Source: Nitrospirota bacterium (GTDB lineage Bacteria > Nitrospirota > UBA9217). Taken from it: a stretch of 64,000 nt of DNA. This document shows positions 1-9,269 of this stretch, one piece after another. The stretch lies in the NCBI GenBank assembly GCA_963796285.1, contig CAWCKW010000012.1, forward strand, positions 1,248,001 to 1,312,000. The letters are read 5' to 3'. The first letter of the stretch is position 1, and each line of letters starts with the position of its first letter. Under the pieces are notes generated by a model. It was not told where the DNA came from, ran no database searches, and worked only from the letters and a program-made list of their open reading frames with translations. Position numbers and translations under genes: made by a program.

Positions 1-817
1 CCTCGTCAGCGGCATTGCCGCGTGAAGGGGACACAGATAGATGCGGGTAGGAGCCCTTGCCCGTTCTCTCTACGACATTGATCAGCAGCATGAGTCTCTT
101 CACAACGTTCGTACTGATGAAGAACAGCATGCCGATGCCGACAATGAAAAAGATCGGGAAAAAGATAAGAATGGCGACCTGCGATACCCGTATCACCGTC
201 TCGGCCTTTTCCCGGGCGATCTTGTCGAGGTCCTTGGAGATGACCAGGATCTCTTCCCCGGTTTTCCTGAGTGTCAGGATGTCCGCATCGAGCGCCCGGA
301 GGCCGGTGAGCAGAACATGACCGCGCGGCAGAAGGAACACCTTTTCAAGAAATTCAGCAGACTGGACAGGCCGTTCGAGGAACGTGGCCTCCACAAGTGA
401 AAAATATTTTTTTTCGTTCTTCCCGTATGACGTTTTAGCCCTCTCAAAGACATCGGTCAAACGCTTAGCCTCGACCTCGATAGCTGCAAAACTCCGTTCA
501 TATTCATGGATCCGGTCCCGCAGAGAAAGCTGGTCCGACCGATCGATCCCGGGGTTCTTCGCCAGGGTGTCGTTGAGCTCGGCAAGATAGGCATGGACCG
601 CCGCCAGCTCTTCATCCATCTTCTGCGGACTGTAGAGGAAGAAATTCTTCTCGTGACGCCGGAGCTGGAGCGACTTGCGGCTGATCGTATCCGTGATCTC
701 GAGATAGCGGATCTCTTTTTTGATCTCGACAAAGCTGAAATATTCGAACGCGGCAAGGACGGCGATGATGAAGGCGCTGATAAAAAAGCTGAGGACTATT
801 TTTTTCTTAAGCGACAT
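1..817 (-). CDS. Membrane sensor protein, probable histidine kinase (N-terminal part; runs off window)
   Basis: Not in ORF track. Manual translation from ATG at 817 gives MSLKKKIVLSFFISAFII...LRRHEKNFFLY...second TM, then start of a HAMP domain. Paralogous to 6150..7679. Confidence 0.85.
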   Translation of the reverse strand, partial: MSLKKKIVLSFFISAFIIAVLAAFEYFSFVEIKKEIRYLEITDTISRKSLQLRRHEKNFFLYSPQKMDEELAAVHAYLAELNDTLAKNPGIDRSDQLSLRDRIHEYERSFAAIEVEAKRLTDVFERAKTSYGKNEKKYFSLVEATFLERPVQSAEFLEKVFLLPRGHVLLTGLRALDADILTLRKTGEEILVISKDLDKIAREKAETVIRVSQVAILIFFPIFFIVGIGMLFFISTNVVKRLMLLINVVERTGKGSYPHLSVSPSRGNAADE

Positions 818-856
818 GATTTACAGTATCACACTTGATCGGTCTCTTGCAAACAG

Positions 857-892
857 AAAAAAGGCTGAAGGGACCTTCTCCTTCAGCCTTTC
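857..892 (-). terminator. Rho-independent terminator after USP gene
   Basis: AGGCTGAAGG/CCTTCAGCCT stem followed by a T-run on the minus strand. Confidence 0.7.
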
Positions 893-908
893 GTGCCATA
901 CGGGATAA

Positions 909-1763
909 TTACGATTTTACCACTAGCACGGGACAGGGTGCATGTCCGATGACCTTCTCCGCCACGCTCCCCATGAGAAGCCTGCGGAGACCGGTCCTGC
1001 CATGGGACCCGATGACGATCATGTCGGCATTCTGTTCCTTCGCAAGCTTGGTGATGGCCTCGAAGGCTTCGGATTCGCCAACAAAGGTCTCGGCCTTCAC
1101 CCCTTCGGCGTCGGCTTGTTTTTTCACATCAGCGACAAAGCCCTTTGCCTTTTTGACCAGATCGTCAACCGCCTGAGGCGCTTCCGCATAAAACTCGGAA
1201 GGGACGTCCACGACCGAGACGATCTTCAATTCCCCGCCGTAGGACTTCGCAAACGAGATCGCCCGGTCAGCCGCAAAAGCGCTGTACTTGGAGCCGTCCG
1301 TCGCGAGCACGATCTTTTTCCATCCGATGACCGTGCTGCTGGGCACGACAAGGACATCCCGCTGGGTATAGCCGATGACGCGTGCCGTCACCGGCCCGAT
1401 CAGGGAGCGCTCGATGCGGCGCTTCCCCCGCCGGCCCATGACGATGACGTCGCAGTTCTCGGCATCGGCAAGGTCCACGATCCGTTCGTGGATCTCGCCC
1501 TCTTCACAGACCGTCTTGACGAGCATCCGCTCGGTCTTTGCTATCGTTTCCACCTCCGCGAGCGCATCTTCGCAGGGTTTCCTGAGTGCGGCCCTGATGT
1601 CCTTGACGCCGACGAGCTCGATCTCGCCTTCGTAGGGCGGGACCACGGACGTGACCGTTATCCAGCACTTCTCCTCATTGGCCAGCTTGAACGCCTGGTG
1701 AAGAGCATTCCTGCTGGATTCCGAACTGTCGACAGCGACAAGGATCTTTCTATACTTCCCCAT
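909..1763 (-). CDS. Tandem-domain universal stress protein
   Basis: Two USP domains (KILVAVD...VMGRRG; IVLATDGS...IGSHGRTGLRRLLMGSVAE). Confidence 0.93.
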   Translation of the reverse strand: MGKYRKILVAVDSSESSRNALHQAFKLANEEKCWITVTSVVPPYEGEIELVGVKDIRAALRKPCEDALAEVETIAKTERMLVKTVCEEGEIHERIVDLADAENCDVIVMGRRGKRRIERSLIGPVTARVIGYTQRDVLVVPSSTVIGWKKIVLATDGSKYSAFAADRAISFAKSYGGELKIVSVVDVPSEFYAEAPQAVDDLVKKAKGFVADVKKQADAEGVKAETFVGESEAFEAITKLAKEQNADMIVIGSHGRTGLRRLLMGSVAEKVIGHAPCPVLVVKS

Positions 1764-2829
1764 GCTCCAGCGCCCCCGAGGCATGCTGCAGTCTCTCGGC
1801 CTGGCGACCCTTCCACATGGCGCGCAGAACGATGAAGGCGCCGAGCATCAATGCGAATATCATTATAGCAAAGCTGGTGTTTTTGAGCAAACTCACCGTG
1901 CCGTCGCCAAGTTTATCGATGAGCCCGAGCTGTGCCAGGTACACCGGGACCATGAGGCCGCGGCTGAAGAGCACGATCACCATGATCAGACCCATCACGA
2001 CCTTGATCATGAACGGTTTCACATAGGTAGTACCGATGGCGCCAAGCTGAATGCCGAAGAGCGAGCCGGCAAGGATGATCATGGCGAGCCGGATATCGAC
2101 CAGCCCGTGCATGGCATATTTGAGCGAACCGCCGAGACCCATGACAAAGGCGATCACGAGCTCAGTGGCCGAGGCCATGAGGCTGGGGGCGCCGAGGACA
2201 TAGATCATTGCGGGAACGCCGATGAAACCGCCGACCGCTATCGTTGCCGCCAGCATGCCCGTGGCTAAACCGAGCGGGATGGTAAAGAGGACTGAAACGC
2301 GGGCATTGATACTCTTGAAATAGACCATGGTGCCGGGGATATTGATGGACTGGACCCAGAGCGCCAGTTTTCCTGCTTTTTCTTTCGTGTCCATGTTCCC
2401 GGACTTGTAGGTCTTCCAGGCATCCCGGAGCACGAACCCGCCGACCGTCGCGAGGATCACGACAAAGGCCACGCTCACATAGAGGTTCGATCCCGCATCG
2501 CCGAACGATGCCTTGATCTTTTCCTGGATATGGGCTCCGTAGAGAACGCCGGCCTCCGCGGAAATACCGAGTACGATGCCGAGCTTTACGTCAACCTGGC
2601 CGTACTTGAAGCGCTTGATAGAGCCGACGAGGGCCTTGGGAAACTTATGGCACATGTTGCTCGCCACCGCCACGAGTCCCGGAACGCCCAGGCTCATCAT
2701 GCCGGGCGTGAGCACAAAAGCACCACCTGAACCGATGAATCCGCTTACGAGACCGCCGACAAATCCCACCCCGAACAGATAGAGGATGGTGATCGCGTCA
2801 AGATTAATGAAATTCGTCATACTTTCCAT
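1750..2829 (-). CDS. Sulfite exporter TauE/SafE family permease
   Basis: GLVSGFIGSGGAFVLTP and VGGFIGVPAM repeats, multiple TM segments. Confidence 0.9.
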   Translation of the reverse strand: MESMTNFINLDAITILYLFGVGFVGGLVSGFIGSGGAFVLTPGMMSLGVPGLVAVASNMCHKFPKALVGSIKRFKYGQVDVKLGIVLGISAEAGVLYGAHIQEKIKASFGDAGSNLYVSVAFVVILATVGGFVLRDAWKTYKSGNMDTKEKAGKLALWVQSINIPGTMVYFKSINARVSVLFTIPLGLATGMLAATIAVGGFIGVPAMIYVLGAPSLMASATELVIAFVMGLGGSLKYAMHGLVDIRLAMIILAGSLFGIQLGAIGTTYVKPFMIKVVMGLIMVIVLFSRGLMVPVYLAQLGLIDKLGDGTVSLLKNTSFAIMIFALMLGAFIVLRAMWKGRQAERLQHASGALEHGEV

Positions 2830-2830
2830 G

Positions 2831-3082
2831 TTATTTTATCTCCTTCTTTTTTCTGGCGGCCTCGACTCCCAGAATGGTCCAGAAATGACCGGTAAACGTG
2901 CCATGAAAGTATGAAAAAACGAACGCGGTGATGATCGGCAACAGCGCGTACAATCCGCCCTTGGCGAACGTACTGTTGATCAGGTCCTGCTTCAGCAGGA
3001 GGGTCGTGTAGAGCGCTATGGATATGAGACCCATAACGATCATTGCGCCCACCGGCTTCTTCTTTGTGTTGCTTTGTGCCAT
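2831..3082 (-). CDS. Small two-TM protein of the TauE operon
   Basis: 83 aa, hydrophobic, FSYFHGTFTGHFW motif, RBS AAGGAGG. Confidence 0.8.
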   Translation of the reverse strand: MAQSNTKKKPVGAMIVMGLISIALYTTLLLKQDLINSTFAKGGLYALLPIITAFVFSYFHGTFTGHFWTILGVEAARKKKEIK

Positions 3083-3169
3083 GATGATACCTCCTTGAGT
3101 TTATTTATAATCTATGGCTCTCTTCACAGAGAGTACACTTTAAGTGATTTTGATCCCGACTCCTGTGCC

Positions 3170-3674
3170 TCATGCCCGTGCCCCGTCCATGACCACGACG
3201 AGCGGGCATTTCAGCTTCTGCCAGAGTTCCGAAAGCGTCTTGTCCTTCTTGTTGCAGTCCGCGTCCAGGCTGTGCGGGGACTCAATGACCGCGAAGAGGA
3301 TGTCCTTTTCGCTGTTCGTATAATCGATGATCTGCTGCTTGAGACACCCGGTCCGCGGGATTATGCGATAGAGAATTCCTTCCGCTTTGAGCTCTGATTC
3401 AAAGTGTACAAGCAGGGGGTCGACCGGGTGCGCGTTCCCGGCCCGGCGCAGTGACATACAGAATATCGAGGTGCGCGTCGATCCTCTGGGCGGTGTTCGA
3501 TGCATATTTCAGCGTCTTGGCATCGATCCGGCCCTCCTTGAGCGCAAGCAGGACTTTTCGCCCTTCCTTCATAAGCGACGAGGCCGTCACCGCCTCGCCT
3601 GCTTCAGCGAACGTGGCTGCAGCCAGTGCGTCTTCGACGTTCTTCATCATCTTTTTTAACTTTGTCGCTTCCAT
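3170..3674 (-). CDS. Conserved hypothetical USP-like protein with N-terminal AATFAEAGE motif (frameshift near 3440)
   Basis: ORFs 3399..3674 and 3170..3505 join; ends CPLVVV as USP folds do. Confidence 0.75.
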
Positions 3675-3706
3675 AGTAACCCTCGTGGGATCAGCATTCC
3701 TGGTTC

Positions 3707-3877
3707 TTAGTCAGCGCGCAGTTCTTTTCTCGCGGCCGGTCTCTTGTAGTCATAGGTAGACGGGCGGTCGCTCTTCCTGTCTTCTTTCATGATCTGGCGT
3801 GCAGTCTCAAACTCTCCTGCTTCCGCGAATGTCGCGGCCACCATTGCTGTTTCGAATTTATTGAGTAAGGTTTTCAT
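3707..3877 (-). CDS. 56-aa small protein with AATFAEAGE motif
   Basis: Manual translation MKTLLNKFETAMVAATFAEAGEFETARQIMKEDRKSDRPSTYDYKRPAARKELRAD*, with GGAGG RBS. Confidence 0.85.
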   Translation of the reverse strand: MKTLLNKFETAMVAATFAEAGEFETARQIMKEDRKSDRPSTYDYKRPAARKELRAD

Positions 3878-3924
3878 GGATATTTCCTCCTTGCAGTTTA
3901 TTTTGTTCCTCTGCTATTCTCTAT

Positions 3925-3940
3925 TTCAACTCCTGTGCCA
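3925..3940 (-). promoter_or_regulatory. Sigma-54 (-24/-12) promoter for the TauE/USP operon
   Basis: TGGCAC-AGGAG-TTGA on the minus strand, about 50 nt upstream of the ATG at 3877; -12 box is a TTGA variant. Confidence 0.7.
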
Positions 3941-4015
3941 AAGCACAAAAGCAAGATAACATGCTGATAGCATATGATTATTTACAAGGAGGGCAAAATC
4001 GGTACCCATACACAA

Positions 4016-4120
4016 CTGTTTTATAATGCAATACTCTTTTACGAAATAGACGCTACCTGTTGATTTTTATGATTAATTTTGGCTGTTGCATCAAAACGGG
4101 AAACGTTGTAAAATGCAACC
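4016..4120. promoter_or_regulatory. Candidate upstream activator sites for the NtrC-type regulator
   Basis: Related dyads TGTTTTATAATGCAATA, TGTTGCATCAAAACG and CGTTGTAAAATGCAAC, 80-180 nt upstream of the sigma-54 site. Confidence 0.5.
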
Positions 4121-4144
4121 ATATCGAGATTTCAGGGGAGTCTA

Positions 4145-6153
4145 ATGAAGTTCTTTAAAAAATCGGAAGACAGCTATCAGGAACTCATCATTGAAGAACT
4201 TCGTCAGAAGATCTCGGCAGGCCGCCATGCCGAACCCTGTCCAGAAGATCGCTGAGCAGGAACTCGATCTGCTGACCAGGATCAGCGCTGCCTCAGCCGA
4301 GTACACGATCGGCGTCACCTACATCGACTACCTCGTTTCCCTGCCCTGGAACAAAAAGACCGAGGACAACCTCGATATTGTCCGCGCCGAGCGCATCTTG
4401 AACGAGAACCACTACGGTCTGAACAAGATCAAAGAACGGATCATGGAGCACCTCGCCATCAAGGTGCTCATCATGAACAGGAAGGCGCGGATAATGGTCG
4501 TCGATGATGAGGAGATCGCTCGAAAAAACCTGGCGCATATCCTGACGAAAGAAAATTACGATGTGGTCGCAGTCGCCGACGGCGAAACCGCGCTCCGGGA
4601 GCTGGAGTCCTCGGAATTTGACGTGGTGCTGACCGACCTGCGCATGGGCAAGATGGACGGCATGGACCTGCTGGACCGTATCAGGATAAAACACATTGAC
4701 ACGAAGGTCGTGATGGTGACGGGCTTTGCCACGGTCCCATCGGCCATCGAGGCCATGCGGAAGGGCGCTTTCCACTACCTGGCCAAGCCCTATCAAACTT
4801 GATGAGGTACGCGAAACCGTGAAACGGGCATTGGAACAGCGGGCGCTCAAACCCAGCACCAAGGGCTCCGTACTCTGTTTCGCCGGCCCCCCGGGAACCG
4901 GCAAGACCTCGCTCGGGAAGTCCATCGCCCGGGCTCTTGGCAGAAAATTCACGAGGATCGCCCTCGGCGGCCTCAAGGATGAGGCCGACATCCGCGGACA
5001 CCGGCGCACCTACGTGGGCGCCAAGCCCGGCAGGGTGATCGAAGAGCTCCGCAGGGTGGAATCCGCCAATCCCGTCATCATGCTCGACGAACTCGACAAG
5101 ATCGGACATGACTTCAAGGGAGACCCCGCATCTGCCCTGCTTGAAGTGCTCGACCCGGAGCAGAACCGCGCCTTCACGGACCATTATCTGGACGTCCCCT
5201 TCGACCTTTCGAGCGTCATGTTCATTCTGACCGCGAACGTGCTCGACACCATTCCCGCCCCGCTGCGCGACCGCATGGAGGTCATCGAGTTCAGGGGCTA
5301 CACGCGGGAAGAAAAGGTCCGCATCGCATCGCAGTTCCTCTGCACCAAACAGACACGCGAAAAAGGCCTCTCCCTAAACCAGGTGGTCTTCACTGATGAG
5401 GCCGTGGACAAGATCATCCAGGAATACACACGCGAGGCCGGCATCCGGAACCTCGAGCGAAGGATCGCCACGATCTGCCGCAAGATCGCCCGGGAATCGC
5501 TCCAGAACGCGGGCAGCGCGGAGATCGTGACCATAACCCCCGCGTCCGTGGAGCACTACCTGGGGCGGAAAAAGTTCCACTTTGATGTGATCGAGGAGCA
5601 GGACCGGATCGGCGTGGCCACCGGCCTCGTGCGCACGGAATCCGGCGGCGAGATCATCTTCGTCGAGGCGGCAAAAATGAAAGGCAAAAAAGAACTCATC
5701 ATCACCGGCTCGCTCGGCGACGTGATGCGCGAATCCGCCCAGGCAGCGCTGAGTTACATCAGGAGCAATGCCGACGCCTTCGGCATCCCTGATGACTTTT
5801 TCGAGCACCACGATATCCACATCCACGTACCGTCGGGGGCGATCCAGAAGGACGGGCCCTCTGCCGGCGTCACCATCCTGGCCGCGCTCCTGTCGCTGTT
5901 GACCAAACGGCCGGCACGCAGGGACGTGGCCATGACCGGCGAGATAACGCTGACCGGCCGGATACTGCCCGTCGGCGGCATTCAGGACAAGGTCCTCGCG
6001 GCCAGGCGGGCAATGGTCAAACTCGTGCTCGTGCCCGCACGGAACCGGGCCGACGTGGAAGAACTGTCCGATGACCTGCGAAAGGACGTCGACATCCGCC
6101 TTGTCGACACCGTGGCCGACGTGGTTGACGCGGTGCTGACCGGCCATCAATGA
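4145..6153 (+). CDS. lon: Lon (S16) protease lacking the N-domain, with an inserted receiver domain (indels near 4220 and 4790)
   Basis: [29 protein letters not shown] (VVDDE, LTDLRM, YLAKP), Walker [19 protein letters not shown], catalytic KDGPSAG and GGIQDK. Confidence 0.92.
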
Positions 6154-7679
6154 TGAACTACACCCCGAGCATCAGACAGAAGATCACCCTCGGCTACTTC
6201 GCCATCGTGGCCATGATCATCGGTTTGTCCGTGTTCACCTTTCTGGAACTGCGGTACATCGAGAAGAAGATCATGTTCGGCGAGGCCATCTCGGAATTTT
6301 TCGACACCACGCTCGAGGTCCGGCGCTTCGAGAAGAACTTCTTCCTGTACGAAAAGCAGCCCGATTACGATGAGAACGTCCAGTACGTGTCCCGGGCGCA
6401 GGACATCATCGACAACAACATCAAGGGGTTCACCGCCATCGCGTCGTCGGACCAGATATCGTCCCTCCAGGTCAGCCTGAAAGAGTACAAAGACCTCATG
6501 GAGCAGTACGCGAAGACCGGCGGCGGGCAACCTGCCCGAAAGACCATGCTGGCCGCGAAGATCCGCGTCACCGGGAAAGACATCATCACCATTTCCGAGG
6601 AAATCTCGAAGACTGAGCGAAAGAGCCTTCAGCAGATCCTGAGCAGCTCCCGGAACATCCTCCTCATATCGATCATGCTCCTCTCACTGGCCGCGATCGC
6701 GATCGGCCAGATCCTGTCGCGCATGGTGGTAAAACCGCTCAAGTCCCTTGAAGAGAGCATGGGAGTGATCGCCGAAGGGGAATTCGAGCCGATCGCGATC
6801 GACTCCAAGGACCGGGAGATCGTCTCGCTCACGAGGGCCTTCAACAAGATGCTGAAGCAGCTGGAGCTGCACGAGAGGCACCTGATCCAGTCCGAGAAGC
6901 TCGCTTCCCTCGGCACCCTCCTGTCCGGCGTGGCGCATGAATTGAACAATCCCCTGTCGAACATCTCGTCGTCGAACCAGATCCTGATGGAGGAATTCAG
7001 GGAAGCCCTTGAAGCGCGGTCTCCCCGGCCCTGGCCCCTGGATCCCGACTTCACCAAGGAACTGATGGCGCAGATCAACGAGCAAACGGACCGGGCGAGA
7101 AATATTGTCCGTTCCCTGCTCGACTTTTCCCGTAACCGGGACTTCAAGAAGGAATCGGTATCGCTCAAGAACCTGTTTGAGGAAACAATCCAGTTCGTAA
7201 AGGGACAGGTGCCGGCGAAGGCGGGGATCTCGCTCGCCGTACCCGATGACCTGGTCATAGTTGCGGACAAACAGCGGCTCCAGCAGGCATTCCTGAACCT
7301 GATCAAGAACGCCCTCGACGCGATCGCGCCGAATGAAGGAACGATCACCATCAAGGCGGAGAAGCGCCGGGCCATGGACGATCTCGAAGACGAGATGATC
7401 GGCATCCACAACTACCTAAAATACCGGGGCAAGTGCACGCTGGACCAGGACACCGTAGACATCGAGATCCATGACAGCGGCTCCGGCATTCCGCTTGAAT
7501 TCATCCAGAAGATCTTCGACCCCTTTTTCACGACCAAGGACGTGGGCAAAGGATCAGGCCTCGGCCTCTACATCGTGCACGAGATCATCGAGGAGCACGA
7601 CGGCTGCATCGCCGTTGACAGCGAACCCGGCAGGGGCACAACGTTCCTGATACGGCTTCCGCTCGTAGACAAGGCATAA
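6150..7679 (+). CDS. Membrane HAMP sensor histidine kinase
   Basis: Two TMs, HAMP, H-box [11 protein letters not shown] boxes, DPFFTTK. Confidence 0.95.
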   Translation: MMNYTPSIRQKITLGYFAIVAMIIGLSVFTFLELRYIEKKIMFGEAISEFFDTTLEVRRFEKNFFLYEKQPDYDENVQYVSRAQDIIDNNIKGFTAIASSDQISSLQVSLKEYKDLMEQYAKTGGGQPARKTMLAAKIRVTGKDIITISEEISKTERKSLQQILSSSRNILLISIMLLSLAAIAIGQILSRMVVKPLKSLEESMGVIAEGEFEPIAIDSKDREIVSLTRAFNKMLKQLELHERHLIQSEKLASLGTLLSGVAHELNNPLSNISSSNQILMEEFREALEARSPRPWPLDPDFTKELMAQINEQTDRARNIVRSLLDFSRNRDFKKESVSLKNLFEETIQFVKGQVPAKAGISLAVPDDLVIVADKQRLQQAFLNLIKNALDAIAPNEGTITIKAEKRRAMDDLEDEMIGIHNYLKYRGKCTLDQDTVDIEIHDSGSGIPLEFIQKIFDPFFTTKDVGKGSGLGLYIVHEIIEEHDGCIAVDSEPGRGTTFLIRLPLVDKA

Positions 7680-7689
7680 TTTTTATCAC

Positions 7690-7732
7690 CTCCCCTCCTC
7701 CCTCTCATGCGGGAGAGAGCCGGGGTGAGGGG
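7690..7732. repeat. CCCTCACCCC...CTCTCCC-type intergenic palindromic repeat
   Basis: CCTCTCATGCGGGAGAGAGCCGGGGTGAGGGG resembles the widespread hairpin repeat associated with DUF559-type genes. Confidence 0.45.
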
Positions 7733-7751
7733 TATCCAAGGAGCAACAAAC

Positions 7752-9113
7752 ATGCAAGGTGTGGCAAAACTACTCATCATCGACGACGAGCGGATCGCGC
7801 TCAGGAACCTCGAGCACATCATGAAGAAGGAAGGCTACGAAGTGACCGGCACGCAGAACGGGCCGAACGCGCTCAAGCTGATCGAGGAGCAGCACTTTGA
7901 CGTGGTGCTCACGGACCTGCGCATGGAAAAGGTCGACGGCATGCAGATCCTGAAAAAGACACGGGAGCTCTACCCGGACACGGAAGTGATCATGATCACC
8001 GGCTACGCAACGCTTGACTCCGCCGTCGATGCCATGAAGCACGGCGCGTTCTATTATATCGCCAAACCCTTCAAGCTCGAGGAAGTCCGCAAGGTCGTCC
8101 AGGAGGCCGTGCACAAGGTCCGGCTCAAGACCGAGAACCGTCATCTCCGGGAACAGCTTGAGACCTACCAGGGCAAGGTCAAGATCATCACCCAGGACCC
8201 GACCATGCAGAAACTGCTCGAAACCGCGCGCCAGATCGCGCCCACGGACTGCAACGTGCTGATCTCGGGCGAGAGCGGCACGGGCAAGGAGCTCTTCGCC
8301 CGCTTCATCCACCTGAACAGCAAGCGCGCCGAGGGGCCGTTCTTCGCCATCAACTGCGGCGCGTTCACCGAGGAGCTCCTCTCGAACGAGCTCTTCGGCC
8401 ACGAAAAAGGCGCGTTCACCGGCGCAAACGCCATGAAGAAGGGGCTCATCGAGATGGCTTCCGGCGGGACCCTGTTCATGGATGAGGTCACCGAGATGCC
8501 GTCGTCCATGCAGGTCAAGCTCCTCCGGGTGATCCAGGAGCGGGAGGTGCTGCGCGTCGGCGGGACCGAGTCGATCAACGTAGACGTGCGGTTCGTGGCA
8601 GCGACGAACCGGGACATCCATGATTCCATGAAGACCGGCTCATTCCGGCAGGACCTTTACTTCAGGCTGAACGTGGTCTCGCTCCGCATCCCGCCGCTGG
8701 CGGAGCGCAAGGACGACATCCCCCTGCTCTGCTACTATTTTTTAAAGAAATATAACCTGCTTATGAAAAAAGTGGTGACCGAGATCGCGGAGGACGTGAT
8801 CGCCCTGCTTCTGAACTACGACTTTCCGGGAAATGTGCGGGAGCTCGAGAACATCATCGAACGCGGCGTGGCGCTCACGAATGGCAGCGTTATTGAGACC
8901 GGCCATCTTCCTGAAGACCTGCGGGAGCTCAGTATCAAGACCTTCCGGAAAAAAGAAGGAAAGATCCCCTCGCTCGAGGAGCAGGAAGAGGCCTACATCA
9001 AATGGGTGCTCGGCGAAGTCGGCGGCAACAAGACGCTCGCCGCGCAAATCCTCGGCATCGACCGGGTCTCGCTCTGGCGGAAGCTCAAGAAGTACGGGCT
9101 GGAGAGCGACTAG
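7752..9113 (+). CDS. Sigma-54-dependent response regulator (NtrC/AtoC family)
   Basis: REC, GESGTGKE, GAFTGA, Fis-type HTH. Confidence 0.96.
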   Translation: MQGVAKLLIIDDERIALRNLEHIMKKEGYEVTGTQNGPNALKLIEEQHFDVVLTDLRMEKVDGMQILKKTRELYPDTEVIMITGYATLDSAVDAMKHGAFYYIAKPFKLEEVRKVVQEAVHKVRLKTENRHLREQLETYQGKVKIITQDPTMQKLLETARQIAPTDCNVLISGESGTGKELFARFIHLNSKRAEGPFFAINCGAFTEELLSNELFGHEKGAFTGANAMKKGLIEMASGGTLFMDEVTEMPSSMQVKLLRVIQEREVLRVGGTESINVDVRFVAATNRDIHDSMKTGSFRQDLYFRLNVVSLRIPPLAERKDDIPLLCYYFLKKYNLLMKKVVTEIAEDVIALLLNYDFPGNVRELENIIERGVALTNGSVIETGHLPEDLRELSIKTFRKKEGKIPSLEEQEEAYIKWVLGEVGGNKTLAAQILGIDRVSLWRKLKKYGLESD

Positions 9114-9269
9114 ACATTTCTGCCGCGGGAATCAATCTGTCCGTTACTGTCATCTGCGGCGTGACTTGCGGTAAGCTTTTAGGGTAAGGTTTTTTGTCAC
9201 GACATTATGAAGTAATTTCTTCCTTGCGTTCTTGCTGTCTATGCGGTAACACATCATCTCGCCACAGGA

